Source: Candidatus Eiseniibacteriota bacterium
GTDB taxonomy: Bacteria > Eisenbacteria > RBG-16-71-46
Direction of reading: 5' to 3'
Assembly (NCBI GenBank): GCA_031370785.1
Contig: JANMQY010000092.1
Span: 8,115-72,114 of the forward strand
Length of the DNA: 64,000 nt
Below the pieces are notes generated by a model, which saw nothing but the letters and a program-made list of their open reading frames with translations, had not been told where the DNA came from and searched no databases. A program made the position numbers and the translations under genes. Positions 1 to 9,963 of this stretch are shown one piece after another. Numbering within the stretch: the first letter of the stretch is position 1; each line of letters begins with the position of its first letter.

Positions 1-1227
1 GAGCGGCTCGCGCAGCTGCGCCGCGGCGAGCTGGAGCTGGTGTACGTCGCGCCCGAGGGCCTGGAAGGCTCGCTGCGCTCGCTGATCGCCGACTGCAACG
101 TCAGCCTGGTGGTGGTGGACGAGGCGCACTGCATCAGCCACTGGGGTCACGATTTCCGTCCGGCCTATCGCAGGCTTTCCGGGCTCAAGGGCCAGCTGGG
201 CGACATTCCGGTGCTGGCGCTCACCGCGACCGCCACGCGCCGCGTCGCGGCCGACATCATCCGCGAGCTGGGAATGACGAAGCCCGAAGGTTTCAAGGGG
301 TCGTTCTTTCGCTCGAACCTGATCGTGACCGCGCAGAAGAAGGGCGCGACCCCGGCGGGGCCGGGGCGCAACACGCGCCGCGACATCCTCGGCATCGTGC
401 ATCGGCACGCGGGCGAGAGCGGCATCGTGTACTGCCTGAGCCGCAAGTCGGTCGAATCGACGACCGAGTGGCTGTGCCAGCAAGGGGTCAAGGCCGCTGC
501 CTATCACGCGGGCCTTGCCGACCACGTGCGCGCCGAGAATCAGGACGCGTTTGCGCGCGATGAGGTGGACGTGATCGTGGCCACGGTCGCGTTCGGCATG
601 GGCATCGACAAGAGCAACGTGCGCTACGTCATCCACCGCGACATGCCGAAGAGCGTCGAAGCCTGGTATCAGGAGATCGGGCGCGCGGGCCGCGACGGCC
701 TCGAGAGCGATTGTGTGCTCATGTACTCATGGTCCGACGTGATCGGCTACGAGGCGTTCCTCGGCGGCATCGAGAATCCCGAGGTGCGCGAGGAGACGCG
801 GCGCAAGACCGTCGAGCTTTTCCGCATGGTGGATCGCGGCGGCTGCCGGCATCAGGCGCTGGTGCGCCACTTCGACGAGACGATCGAGCCGTGCGGCGCA
901 TCGTGCGACGTGTGCCGTGGAGCCGGGGTCGAATCGCTGGTCGCGGCTCCGCCCCGTGGCGCCTTCGCGGCGCGCGCCGGTGGCGGGCGCATCGCACAGG
1001 CACTGATCGAGAATCCGGAAGTGTTCGAGCGGTTGCGCGCGCTGCGCAAGCGGCTCGCGGACGCCGAAGGCGTGCCGGCGTACATCGTGTTCAGCGATGC
1101 GGTGCTCAGGCAGATGGCCGAGCAACTGCCGCAGACCAGGAGCGCGATGCTGCTGCTCTCAGGAGTCGGTCCGGTCAAGCTCGATCGCTACGGCGACGCA
1201 TTCCTCGAGGCGCTCAACCGGGGCTGA
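1..1227 (+). CDS. recQ: RecQ-family ATP-dependent DNA helicase (5' end lies outside the window)
   Basis: VDEAHCISHWGHDFRP, LTATAT, VATVAFGMGIDK, QEIGRAGRDG; Zn-binding CRH...CGASCDVC; C-terminal HRDC (PAYIVFSDAVL). The frame is open at position 1. Confidence 0.95.
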   Translation, partial: ERLAQLRRGELELVYVAPEGLEGSLRSLIADCNVSLVVVDEAHCISHWGHDFRPAYRRLSGLKGQLGDIPVLALTATATRRVAADIIRELGMTKPEGFKGSFFRSNLIVTAQKKGATPAGPGRNTRRDILGIVHRHAGESGIVYCLSRKSVESTTEWLCQQGVKAAAYHAGLADHVRAENQDAFARDEVDVIVATVAFGMGIDKSNVRYVIHRDMPKSVEAWYQEIGRAGRDGLESDCVLMYSWSDVIGYEAFLGGIENPEVREETRRKTVELFRMVDRGGCRHQALVRHFDETIEPCGASCDVCRGAGVESLVAAPPRGAFAARAGGGRIAQALIENPEVFERLRALRKRLADAEGVPAYIVFSDAVLRQMAEQLPQTRSAMLLLSGVGPVKLDRYGDAFLEALNRG

Positions 1228-1230
1228 GAT

Positions 1231-3363
1231 CTACGCGGCGCGGCGTTCGGGGACGGCGTCGGGCGTGCGTGCGGGCTCGCGATGCCGCCACGCTGGCACG
1301 CGGTGAAAGATCAACACCGCGAACGCGGCGACGCTGGTTTCCACGAAGCCGGGCTGGGTCGGCGAAAGCGACAGCCCGAGCAGCGCGCACGCGCCGGCCG
1401 CGCCGAGCGTGGTCAGCAGCGTGTTGGCGACCAACAGGCGCGCCGAGCCCAGCGCTCCGGGCGAGAGGCTCGTCACCTGCCCGAACACCGGCGCCCCGGC
1501 GAGGATCGGCGGCGCGAAACTCGCCTCTGCCGTTCCGCCCGTGCGCCACGACTCGATCCTGGCAAGGAGTCGCTCGGAGGCGGGCTGGATCGAGCCGAGC
1601 GTCGGTGCTTCCGCGTCGCGCAGGGTAAAGGTTCCCCGCAACTCGCGCGCCTCGTCGTGCCACGTCAGCAGCACGCGACTGACCCGCACCCAGTTCGGCA
1701 GTCCCTCGACCAGCCGGACCTCTTCGATCTGCGTGCGCGAAAGCGCGAAGCGCGTCTCCTCTCCGACGTAGACGAGCTGTTCGCGCGAGAAGAACAGGAA
1801 GCCGGTGTCCCAGTCGGAGAAGTTCTCGTACAGCCGCGGCGTCGCGTCCGGGACGAGCCCGACGAAGACGCCATGCGATGCGTCGGGATCGACGCCACCG
1901 GTGCGCAACCGATCCGCGATTCCTCGACGCAGCGGACGGTAGGGCCGGGTTGCGATGCGATTGAAGGCGAACAGCGTGACGATGACGGTCGCGACCGCCG
2001 CGATCAGGCACAGCACGGGACGGCCGCCGGAGTCCAGACCGAGGCGCAGCGCGAGCCAGATCGAGAGCGCCGGGGTCAGGGCATAGCTCACCAGCAGGAT
2101 CCAGGACAGCCCGGTGATCGCGCGCAGCTTGAACGCGCTGGAAAACACCTTTGCCCGCTCGCCGGTCGGCCCGGCCGCGTAGCGCGCATCCGGCGACGGC
2201 TCGCCGCGCAGCAGCTCGGTCACGCGCCCGGGCGCGATGCTTCCCAGCAGTGCGATCGCGTCCGCGCGCCGGCGCGTCGAAGGATGCGTGAGCCAGCGCT
2301 CGGTCCAGCGTCCCCACTCGACCGGAACGTGATTGAGCCGGTTGAGCCGCGCGAGCGCGGAGATCAGCGCTTCGGGATCGCCGGTCAGTTTCACCGCGCC
2401 GGCATCGGCGCTGCGCTCGAAGCGCCGCGAGATGAAGTAGGAGATACCCGCGGCGAGCAGAACGCCGATCGGCATCGCGAGCGGTCCGACGAACGAGGGC
2501 AGCACGGTCAGCAGCGCCACCGGCACGAGGATGAGTGACAGGGCGAGGCGCAGCGGGTGGCCGCGGCGCAGGTGGGTGATCTCGTGCGCCATCACCGCGT
2601 CCACCTCGCGCCGGCTCAGGTGCTCGAGCAGGTGGTCGGTCAGCATCACCATGCCGCCGCGCACCGCGAAAGCGTTCGCGATCCGCGAGCGACGCATGGG
2701 CAGCACGTACAGCTGTCGAATGTGAACGCCGGCCGCACGGGCGAGCGCGAACAGCCGATCGCGCAGCTCGCCACTGCTCACCGCCTCCGGGGAGATTCCG
2801 CTCACCCTCGCTCTCGCCTGAAGAAGAATGACCGCGAGCGTGAGGCCGCCGAGCAGCGCGCCGACGGCCAGATGGATACGCCCGGCCATCAGCGCGCCCG
2901 GCACCACCACCAGCAATGCAAGAGGGCCGATCTGCGAGGCCATTTGCAGCAACGCGAGGTTGAGCGTCTCGCGAAGCGTGTTCTCGGTGCCGCGCAGGCG
3001 CGTCCCCACCGGGTGCGAGAATACGGCCGCGGCCAGCGACACGAGCGCCGGCGGAACCAGCACCAGGCCGAGCAACCCCAGGTTCATGAGCGGGGGCCCG
3101 TACGGGTACAGCCTCATCGCAAGGCGCGCGACCACACCGCCACTCAGAGCCAGGCACATCCAGCCGATCCAGGTCGCGGTCACGATCCAGCCGACATGAC
3201 GCATGTAGCCGAACCATGCCCCCGCCACGTCGTCTGCTCCGGCCCTGAGCGCTGCGCGGCGCAGCCACAGGATCAGCGCGAGCGGGGCGAGCAGGTTCAG
3301 GGCGAGCAACGTCGCCAGCACCGCGCGCGGCAGCGGAAAGCCGAAGCTGAAGGGATCGATCAT
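1231..3363 (-). CDS. M48 (HtpX/Ste24-like) membrane zinc metalloprotease with an extended C-terminal membrane region
   Basis: ANAFA, AVMAHEITH (HExxH), ERSADAGA, THPS; many hydrophobic helices. Confidence 0.85.
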   Translation of the reverse strand: MIDPFSFGFPLPRAVLATLLALNLLAPLALILWLRRAALRAGADDVAGAWFGYMRHVGWIVTATWIGWMCLALSGGVVARLAMRLYPYGPPLMNLGLLGLVLVPPALVSLAAAVFSHPVGTRLRGTENTLRETLNLALLQMASQIGPLALLVVVPGALMAGRIHLAVGALLGGLTLAVILLQARARVSGISPEAVSSGELRDRLFALARAAGVHIRQLYVLPMRRSRIANAFAVRGGMVMLTDHLLEHLSRREVDAVMAHEITHLRRGHPLRLALSLILVPVALLTVLPSFVGPLAMPIGVLLAAGISYFISRRFERSADAGAVKLTGDPEALISALARLNRLNHVPVEWGRWTERWLTHPSTRRRADAIALLGSIAPGRVTELLRGEPSPDARYAAGPTGERAKVFSSAFKLRAITGLSWILLVSYALTPALSIWLALRLGLDSGGRPVLCLIAAVATVIVTLFAFNRIATRPYRPLRRGIADRLRTGGVDPDASHGVFVGLVPDATPRLYENFSDWDTGFLFFSREQLVYVGEETRFALSRTQIEEVRLVEGLPNWVRVSRVLLTWHDEARELRGTFTLRDAEAPTLGSIQPASERLLARIESWRTGGTAEASFAPPILAGAPVFGQVTSLSPGALGSARLLVANTLLTTLGAAGACALLGLSLSPTQPGFVETSVAAFAVLIFHRVPAWRHREPARTPDAVPERRAA

Positions 3364-3458
3364 GAGCGGGGTATCGGCTCAGGCGCCGCCGGGATTTCGC
3401 GGGATCTTGAGTGCAGTCACTCGACGGGGTCCGCCCTCCCGTGTAGATTCTGCGCCCG

Positions 3459-4250
3459 ATGAACCCGGTCTCGAAGCTGTCCACCACCGTTGCGGCGCGC
3501 ATTCCCTACGCCAATGCCGCGCCTTTCTACGCCCTGTGGGGCGAGGCGCCGTTTGCGGTGCGCAATCTGGTGCCGCGCGACCTCGGACGTGAGGCGGAAG
3601 CCGGACAGGTCGACCTCGGCCTCATGGCGGCCGGTGACTATCTGCGGCTCAAGTCGCGCTTCGATCTGCTCGGAGCACTGGGCGTCGCCGCGCGCGGCCC
3701 GGTCCAGTCCGTGCTGCTATTCTCACGGCGTCCGGCCAACGCGCTGGCCGGCTCGCTGATCTCGGTGACGCCCGAGACCTCGACCTCGATCCGTCTGCTG
3801 CGCCTGCTCCTCGACGTGCGCCGCGGACTCGAAGGCGTGCGCTACGTACGCGGGCTCGAGCCCGCGCAGGCCGAGGCGCTGCTCATGATCGGCGACAGCG
3901 CGATGCGCATGCGCGACCGCAGGCCGGCCGGATTCACGCACACGCTCGACCTGGGGGCGGACTGGCTGGAGTGGACCGGTCTCGCGTTCGTGTACGCGGT
4001 ATGGGCGGTGCGCGCTGAGCTCGACTCGGCGGTCAAGGCCGAGCTTCGCGAATTCCTGGACGCCTCGCTCGCCGCCGGCCTCGCGTCGCTTCCCGAGATC
4101 GCGCGCCAGCAGACCGAGCCGGGCTGGACCGCGGCAGAGACCGAGGGCTACCTTCGCCGGTTCCACTACCGATTGGGCCCCGAGGATCTCGCGGGCATGG
4201 AGCGCTTCGAGCTGCTGCTCCAGCAGCACGGACTCATCGACCACGACTAG
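3459..4250 (+). CDS. mqnA: Chorismate dehydratase (futalosine pathway)
   Basis: IPYANAAP, GPVQSVLLFS, TSTSIRLL, LMIGDSAM, DLGADWLEWTGLAFVYAVW. Confidence 0.9.
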   Translation: MNPVSKLSTTVAARIPYANAAPFYALWGEAPFAVRNLVPRDLGREAEAGQVDLGLMAAGDYLRLKSRFDLLGALGVAARGPVQSVLLFSRRPANALAGSLISVTPETSTSIRLLRLLLDVRRGLEGVRYVRGLEPAQAEALLMIGDSAMRMRDRRPAGFTHTLDLGADWLEWTGLAFVYAVWAVRAELDSAVKAELREFLDASLAAGLASLPEIARQQTEPGWTAAETEGYLRRFHYRLGPEDLAGMERFELLLQQHGLIDHD

Positions 4251-4474
4251 GCGCGGGTCGTAAGCTTCGCTCCCGATCCGCGCCTCGCGAGTCGGACGCC
4301 ATCGCAACCCGCCCGGCCGCTCTCCCGTAGCAGCGCTCATGCGCCTCGCTTCTGCATGTTCCGGTCCGCCCTCCAGCCGGTGGGCGTTGCGCCACTGCGG
4401 ACGCTAATATCCCATCATCTTCGAAAGTGAACCGGTCCTTCCCAGGTCGCCCCTGCGACATAAGGAGCCTTGCC

Positions 4475-5281
4475 ATGACCACCATGCACGAAATCGACCA
4501 CGAGATCATCGGCGACGACATGCAGTTCGTGAAGATCGAGCTCGATCCGGGTGAAGCCATCGTCGCGGAGGCCGGCTCGATGATGTACATCGAGGATGGG
4601 ATCGAAATGCAGACCATCTTCGGCGACGGCTCTGCGCAGTCGGCACAGGGTGGATTCGTGGGCGCGCTGCTCGGAGCGGGCAAGCGCCTGCTCACCGGCG
4701 AATCGCTGTTCATGACCGTGTTCCTGAATCAGTCGAAGCAGAAGAGGAAGGCCGCGTTCGCCGCGCCCTATCCGGGAAAGATCGAGGCCCTGGACCTCAG
4801 CAAGCTCGGCGGCGAGATCCTCGCGCAGAAGGACTCGTTCCTGTGCGCGGCCAAAGGCGTGAGCATCGGCATCGCTTTCCAGAAGCGCTTCGGCGTCGGC
4901 CTGTTCGGCGGCGAAGGCTTCATCATGCAGCGTCTGACCGGCGACGGCTGGGTGTTCGTCAATGCGGGAGGCGCGCACGAAGAGCTCACCCTCGCGCCCG
5001 GCGAGTCGCTGCGCGTGGATACCGGGTGCATCGTCGCGCTCCAACCGAGCGTGAGCTACGACATCCAGCTCGTCGGGGGCCTCAAGAGCGCGCTCTTCGG
5101 TGGCGAGGGGCTGTTCTTCGCGACGCTGCGAGGTCCGGGCCGGGTGTGGCTGCAGTCTCTGCCGTTCTCGCGGCTCGCGAGCCGCATCTACGCCGCGGCA
5201 CCCCAGACCGGTGGACGGGGCCGGGAGCAGGGCTCGATCCTCGGGACGCTCGGCAACCTGCTGGACGGCGACGGGCGCTAG
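4475..5281 (+). CDS. TIGR00266/AIM24-family protein
   Basis: [45 protein letters not shown] at 4461-4467 before ATG 4475. Confidence 0.9.
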   Translation: MTTMHEIDHEIIGDDMQFVKIELDPGEAIVAEAGSMMYIEDGIEMQTIFGDGSAQSAQGGFVGALLGAGKRLLTGESLFMTVFLNQSKQKRKAAFAAPYPGKIEALDLSKLGGEILAQKDSFLCAAKGVSIGIAFQKRFGVGLFGGEGFIMQRLTGDGWVFVNAGGAHEELTLAPGESLRVDTGCIVALQPSVSYDIQLVGGLKSALFGGEGLFFATLRGPGRVWLQSLPFSRLASRIYAAAPQTGGRGREQGSILGTLGNLLDGDGR

Positions 5282-5400
5282 CGCAGGGCCGAAGCGTCTC
5301 GCGCGAACGCCGCATTCGCCCTCGAGGCCGCGGGGTGGCCCCGGTGCTGGATTGATCGTCCTATGATCCTTTGCTCTCGATCTGCCTGGACGATCCTGGC

Positions 5401-5786
5401 ATGGCGGTCCTGCTCGCCTCATTTGCCCCCGCGGCCCGCGCGGACTCGAAGCGCTCCGCCGAAGGCGTGCCTCGTCTGGACCACATCACCGGGGTCGTGC
5501 TCGAGAACCAGAACTACGACGTGACTCGTGTTCAGCCGTGGACCGCGAGCTGGCTCACCGGCGGCACATCATTCTCGCAGTCGTCTGGCATCACCCATCC
5601 CTCCAACAACCTGCCTGCGATCCGCGCGGAGATCGACGATGCGAGCGGCCGGCGCGTGCGCGAGATCGTGTCGGGCGTACGACGTGGAGAGGTGATGCCG
5701 GGGGCGCGAACAGGGCGGGGCTCCACTTCCTGCGGGTGAGCGCGGGTGGTGCGCAGCTCGAACGCCGATTCGCGCGCGTGAGATAG
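5401..5786 (+). pseudogene. Remnant of a secreted phosphoesterase/acid phosphatase with FlgD-like C-terminal domain (internal deletion plus frameshift)
   Basis: VPRLDHITGVVLENQNYD...GITHPS is the phosphoesterase N-terminus; it runs directly into DASGRRVREIVSG and, in another frame, AGLHFLRVSAGGAQLERRFARVR (CTD). Confidence 0.7.
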
Positions 5787-6198
5787 AAACAACAAGGCCG
5801 GGCGTGCCCATGCATGCCGCCCGGCCCCCTAGCGGTGCTGCTCCAGCGTTACGCAGGCGCTGCCGCGCCGCGTCGCTTCCCACCTCGAGTGCAAATCCGA
5901 TGCCACGTGTTGCAGCGGTTGCGGAGCGCCTGGGCGGCCAGGACGCCTCGATCAAGTCTCATGAGTTACGGGCGCGAACGCGGCGCCCACATGTCCGGTG
6001 GGGGTAACAGTTGTGACGCAGCCTTGGACAGTTGCGTCGACGGCGGGGCCACCCGAGGCTGTCCCTCGTTCGGTTCGCCGCGAGCCTACGCCGCGATGCG
6101 TGGTCCATGCCTGCGGCACCCATGGAATACAAATTCATAAAGGTCTACAACGCCCGCGGCGCAAGGGCAGTGCGTCCGCGTGCCGGATTGACGCGCGC

Positions 6199-8130
6199 TC
6201 AGCGTGGCCGCACGCCGAGAAACGCCACGACCGCGAGCGGCGGCAATCCGATTGCAATCGAGTGCGAGCGCCCGTGCATGGGCGTGGCGCCGGCCTCGGC
6301 GCCGCCCAGATTGCCCTGTCCGCTGCCGCCATAGAGTGAAGCGTCGCTATTGAGGATCTCGGTCCAGCGTCCGCCCCACGGCATTCCGATCCGGTAGCCG
6401 GCTCGCGGAACCGGCGTGAAGTTGAATACGAATACGACGGCGCGATCGGGATCAAACCCGACCCGCATCAGACTCACCACGCTCTGCCCCGAGTCGCTGC
6501 AATCCACCCAGTCGAGCCCGTGCGGCTCGGCATCCTGCTCGTAGAGGGCGGGCTCTCCGCGATAGAGCGTGTTCAGGTCGCGCACCCAGCGCTGGACGCC
6601 GCGATGCATCGGATCGGCCAGCAGGTGCCAGTCGAGGCTGCTCTCGTGATTCCACTCGCGGATCTGTGCGAACTCATCGCCCATGAACAGCAGCTTCTTG
6701 CCGGGCTGGGCGAACTGGTCGCCGAACAGCAGGCGCAGGTTCGCGAACTGCTGCCAGCGGTCCCCCGGCATGCGCGCCAGCAAGGACCCCTTGCCGTGCA
6801 CGACCTCGTCGTGCGAGAGCGGCAGCAAGAAGTGTTCGCTGTGCGCGTACAGGCCGCGGAAGGTGAGGCGGTCCTGGTGCCATCGGCGATGCACCGGATC
6901 GCGCGCCATGTAGTCGAGACGGTCGTGCATCCAGCCCAGGTCCCACTTGAGGCCGAAGCCGAGCCCGCCTGCGTAGGTGGGTCGCGAGACGCCGGGCCAC
7001 GCCGTGCTCTCCTCGGCGATGGTGATCGCGTCCGGGTGCTCGCCGTACACGTATTCGTTGAGGCGTTTGAGGAACGTGACCGCCTCGAGGTTTTCGCGCC
7101 CGCCGAACGGGTTCGGGTACCACTCGCCGTGCTTGCGTGAGTAATCCAGGTACAGCATGGACGCGACCGCATCCACACGCAGGCCGTCGATGTGGTAGCG
7201 CTCGATCCAGAACAATGCGCTCGCGATCAGGAAATTCGCGACCTCGGTGCGGCCATAGTTGAAGATCAGCGTTCCCCAGTCCGGATGGCGGCCGAGGCGC
7301 GGATCGGCGTGCTCGTAGAGATGGCTGCCGTCGAAGCGCGCCAGGCCATGCTCATCGCTCGGGAAGTGCGCGGGGACCCAGTCGAGGATCACGCCGATCC
7401 CGCGGCGGTGCAGCGTGTCGATCAGGTACATGAGATCGTGCGGCGTGCCGTAGCGACTCGTGGCCGCGAAGTAGCCGGTGGTCTGATAGCCCCACGAGCC
7501 GTCGTATGGATGCTCGGTGATCGGCATCAACTCGACGTGGGTGAATCCCATCGCGCTCACGTACTCGGCGAGAGCGTCGGCCAGCTCGCGGTACGAGAGC
7601 CAGCGGTTGTTCTCTTCGGGGATGCGCCGCCACGAGCCCGGGTGAAGCTCGTACACGCTCATCGGCGCACGCAGCGACTGCGTCTGGGCGCGACGCGCGA
7701 GCCATTCATGGTCGCGCCATGCATAGCCGTCGAGATCGTAGACGCGCGATGCGGTGCGCGGCCGGAACTCCGAGGCAAACGCGTAGGGGTCGGCCTTCTC
7801 GAGCATCTCGCCGGTGGCGCGCGAGTGAATCGCGTACTTGTAGAGCGCACCAGGGCCGACGCCGGCGACGAAGCCGCGCCACACGCCGCTCTCGCCGGCC
7901 GGGAAAAGCGGATCCGCGCCGTGACACCAGCCGTTGAAATCGCCGATCACCGACACCTCGCGCGCCTCGGGCGCCCACACCGCGAAGTGCGTTCCGCGCA
8001 CGCCGTCCTGCTCGATGGGGTGCGCTCCGAGCCGCTCCCACGCGCGCAGGTGTGTCCCCTCGCGCAGCAGATACAGGTCGTAGTCGGTGAGGAACGGGGG
8101 CGCGGCCGCCGGTGGAGGAGAAGAGGTCAT
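6199..8130 (-). CDS. glgB: 1,4-alpha-glucan branching enzyme
   Basis: [59 protein letters not shown]. Confidence 0.97.
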   Translation of the reverse strand: MTSSPPPAAAPPFLTDYDLYLLREGTHLRAWERLGAHPIEQDGVRGTHFAVWAPEAREVSVIGDFNGWCHGADPLFPAGESGVWRGFVAGVGPGALYKYAIHSRATGEMLEKADPYAFASEFRPRTASRVYDLDGYAWRDHEWLARRAQTQSLRAPMSVYELHPGSWRRIPEENNRWLSYRELADALAEYVSAMGFTHVELMPITEHPYDGSWGYQTTGYFAATSRYGTPHDLMYLIDTLHRRGIGVILDWVPAHFPSDEHGLARFDGSHLYEHADPRLGRHPDWGTLIFNYGRTEVANFLIASALFWIERYHIDGLRVDAVASMLYLDYSRKHGEWYPNPFGGRENLEAVTFLKRLNEYVYGEHPDAITIAEESTAWPGVSRPTYAGGLGFGLKWDLGWMHDRLDYMARDPVHRRWHQDRLTFRGLYAHSEHFLLPLSHDEVVHGKGSLLARMPGDRWQQFANLRLLFGDQFAQPGKKLLFMGDEFAQIREWNHESSLDWHLLADPMHRGVQRWVRDLNTLYRGEPALYEQDAEPHGLDWVDCSDSGQSVVSLMRVGFDPDRAVVFVFNFTPVPRAGYRIGMPWGGRWTEILNSDASLYGGSGQGNLGGAEAGATPMHGRSHSIAIGLPPLAVVAFLGVRPR

Positions 8131-8210
8131 GGGCGCTGGGATGGTAGGCGCGGCGCGGTGCGGCGCGCAATGACCTGCCGCCTTCATGCGCGGCTCGCGG
8201 CCGCGCCGCC

Positions 8211-9803
8211 TCAGCGCGTGACCGGGCTCGCGCCGGCGCGCGCGAACCAGAATCCTTCACCCGAGCGGCGGACGACCCGGTACTCGGTGCTGAGCCAGTT
8301 GAGGAATCGGGCGCACTTGTCGGTCGAGCGGGCGATCATGGGCAGGTAGCTCTCGGAGACGAACACGTAGGCCGGCTGCGCTTCTTCCAGGCTCCGGGTG
8401 AGACGCTCCCACTCGTCGGCGGTCGCGTACTCGATGAAGCTCGCACCGTTGCGGGGCACCGCCTGCTCGCGTCCGGTAAGCCAGTAGTACATGGGATTGC
8501 CCATCACCCAGATCGCTCCCGGTTGGGCCTCGGGGCGCATGAGGAATCCGGCATCTCCCAGGATGCGCGGGATCGCGCGATCGAAGCTGACCTCCGCCTG
8601 ATACCGGGCGCGATCCTCGCGAACGAGCGCGAAGTGGTGCTCCGCGAGCGTGGCGGCCTTGTGCGCCACGTACCAGAGCGGGATCGCGAGAAGCGCGAGG
8701 GCGAGCGCCGCGCGCGCCGCGGGCCGCTCGATCCCGGTCCAGATCCCATCGAGTCCTCGCGCCGCGAGCAGTCCGACCGGAACCGAGAGCAGCAGGTATT
8801 GATACTCCCAGTACGAAAGACTCTGGATCATGAGCACGAAGAATCCGACCGCGAGCCACACTCCGAGCATCGTGGACAGCAGATCCGCTCCGCGACGCGC
8901 GGCGGCGCGCAGGCCGAGGATGGCGAAGACCAGCAGCGGGCTCCACGTGACTGAGAACCAGTGCAGGCCGCTGAGCAGGTAGTGGATGCGAAACGTGTGG
9001 AGCTGAGAGAGCGCCTGCCCGGGGTAGACGAAGGTGGTCCACCAGGCGATCGCCGCCGCATGGTTCGCGACGAAATACCCGGCAACCGGGGCGAACGCGA
9101 GCAGCGCACCCGCGATCAGCGTGAGCGACGCGACGCCCAGCCTCCCGGCGCCGAATCCTGGTCCTGGCCCGTGCCGTCCGCTCTCCGCCGACTTCATCTT
9201 CCACAGCGCCACGAGCCACAGGGCGGCAACGATCGGCACGAACACGATCTTGAGGATCAGAACCAGTCCGCCCATCACACCCGCGAGCAGCAGGTGGCGG
9301 GTGCGCCGCTCTTCGGTCTCGCCGGCGCGCAGCGCCCACCCTCCGCACAGGTAGAGCGGAAGGCCAACCAGTGATTCGATCTGCGTCAGGTGCCAGTCGC
9401 TGGTGACGGCGTAGTACCAGCCGACCGTGAGGAGCGGGGTGAGGCTCGCGATCCAGCGGTGCTCGAACCTTCCGCGCAGCGTGGTCAGAAGCACCAGCGC
9501 CAGGCCGAGTAGCGCGATCAGCTCGAACGCATGGAAGCCCACCGCGTCGAATCCGAACAGGGCGCCGGCCAGCTCGTAGAAGAAGAACATCCCGGGCTGC
9601 TTGGGATCCCAGTAGTCGCGGTACAGCACGCCGCCGTGATGCATGCTCCTTGCGCCCAGCGCGAACATGGTCTGGTCCCATGCGAGCGGCTGCATCAGGT
9701 TGATGAGCCCGAGCACGAGCACTGCCCCGAGCACGACGAGGTCGAGCGCCGTGAGTCCGGAACGCGGCGAGGAGGCAGGCGTGGGGCGCGTCGGTTCAGC
9801 CAT
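8211..9803 (-). CDS. GT-C-fold (ArnT/PMT-like) membrane glycosyltransferase
   Basis: WDQ...[15 protein letters not shown] loop after the first TM helix; about 11 TM helices; C-terminal periplasmic domain. Confidence 0.7.
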   Translation of the reverse strand: MAEPTRPTPASSPRSGLTALDLVVLGAVLVLGLINLMQPLAWDQTMFALGARSMHHGGVLYRDYWDPKQPGMFFFYELAGALFGFDAVGFHAFELIALLGLALVLLTTLRGRFEHRWIASLTPLLTVGWYYAVTSDWHLTQIESLVGLPLYLCGGWALRAGETEERRTRHLLLAGVMGGLVLILKIVFVPIVAALWLVALWKMKSAESGRHGPGPGFGAGRLGVASLTLIAGALLAFAPVAGYFVANHAAAIAWWTTFVYPGQALSQLHTFRIHYLLSGLHWFSVTWSPLLVFAILGLRAAARRGADLLSTMLGVWLAVGFFVLMIQSLSYWEYQYLLLSVPVGLLAARGLDGIWTGIERPAARAALALALLAIPLWYVAHKAATLAEHHFALVREDRARYQAEVSFDRAIPRILGDAGFLMRPEAQPGAIWVMGNPMYYWLTGREQAVPRNGASFIEYATADEWERLTRSLEEAQPAYVFVSESYLPMIARSTDKCARFLNWLSTEYRVVRRSGEGFWFARAGASPVTR

Positions 9804-9963
9804 CCTTGGCCTGCTCCTCATCCGATGGAAGCGCGGCCCGCGCTGAAGGGCGGGCGGGACCGGCGCATCATACGCGAAGGGGCCCGCCGGATGGCGAGCC
9901 CCTTGGCTGTGAAGAATTCGCGCGGCGGCCCCCGGCGATGCTGACCGGGGGCCGGCCCGTGCG

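Noticed and set aside
5960..6138. 59-codon minus-strand ORF (MNLYSMG...)
   Set aside because: Atypical codon usage, no RBS and no recognisable features
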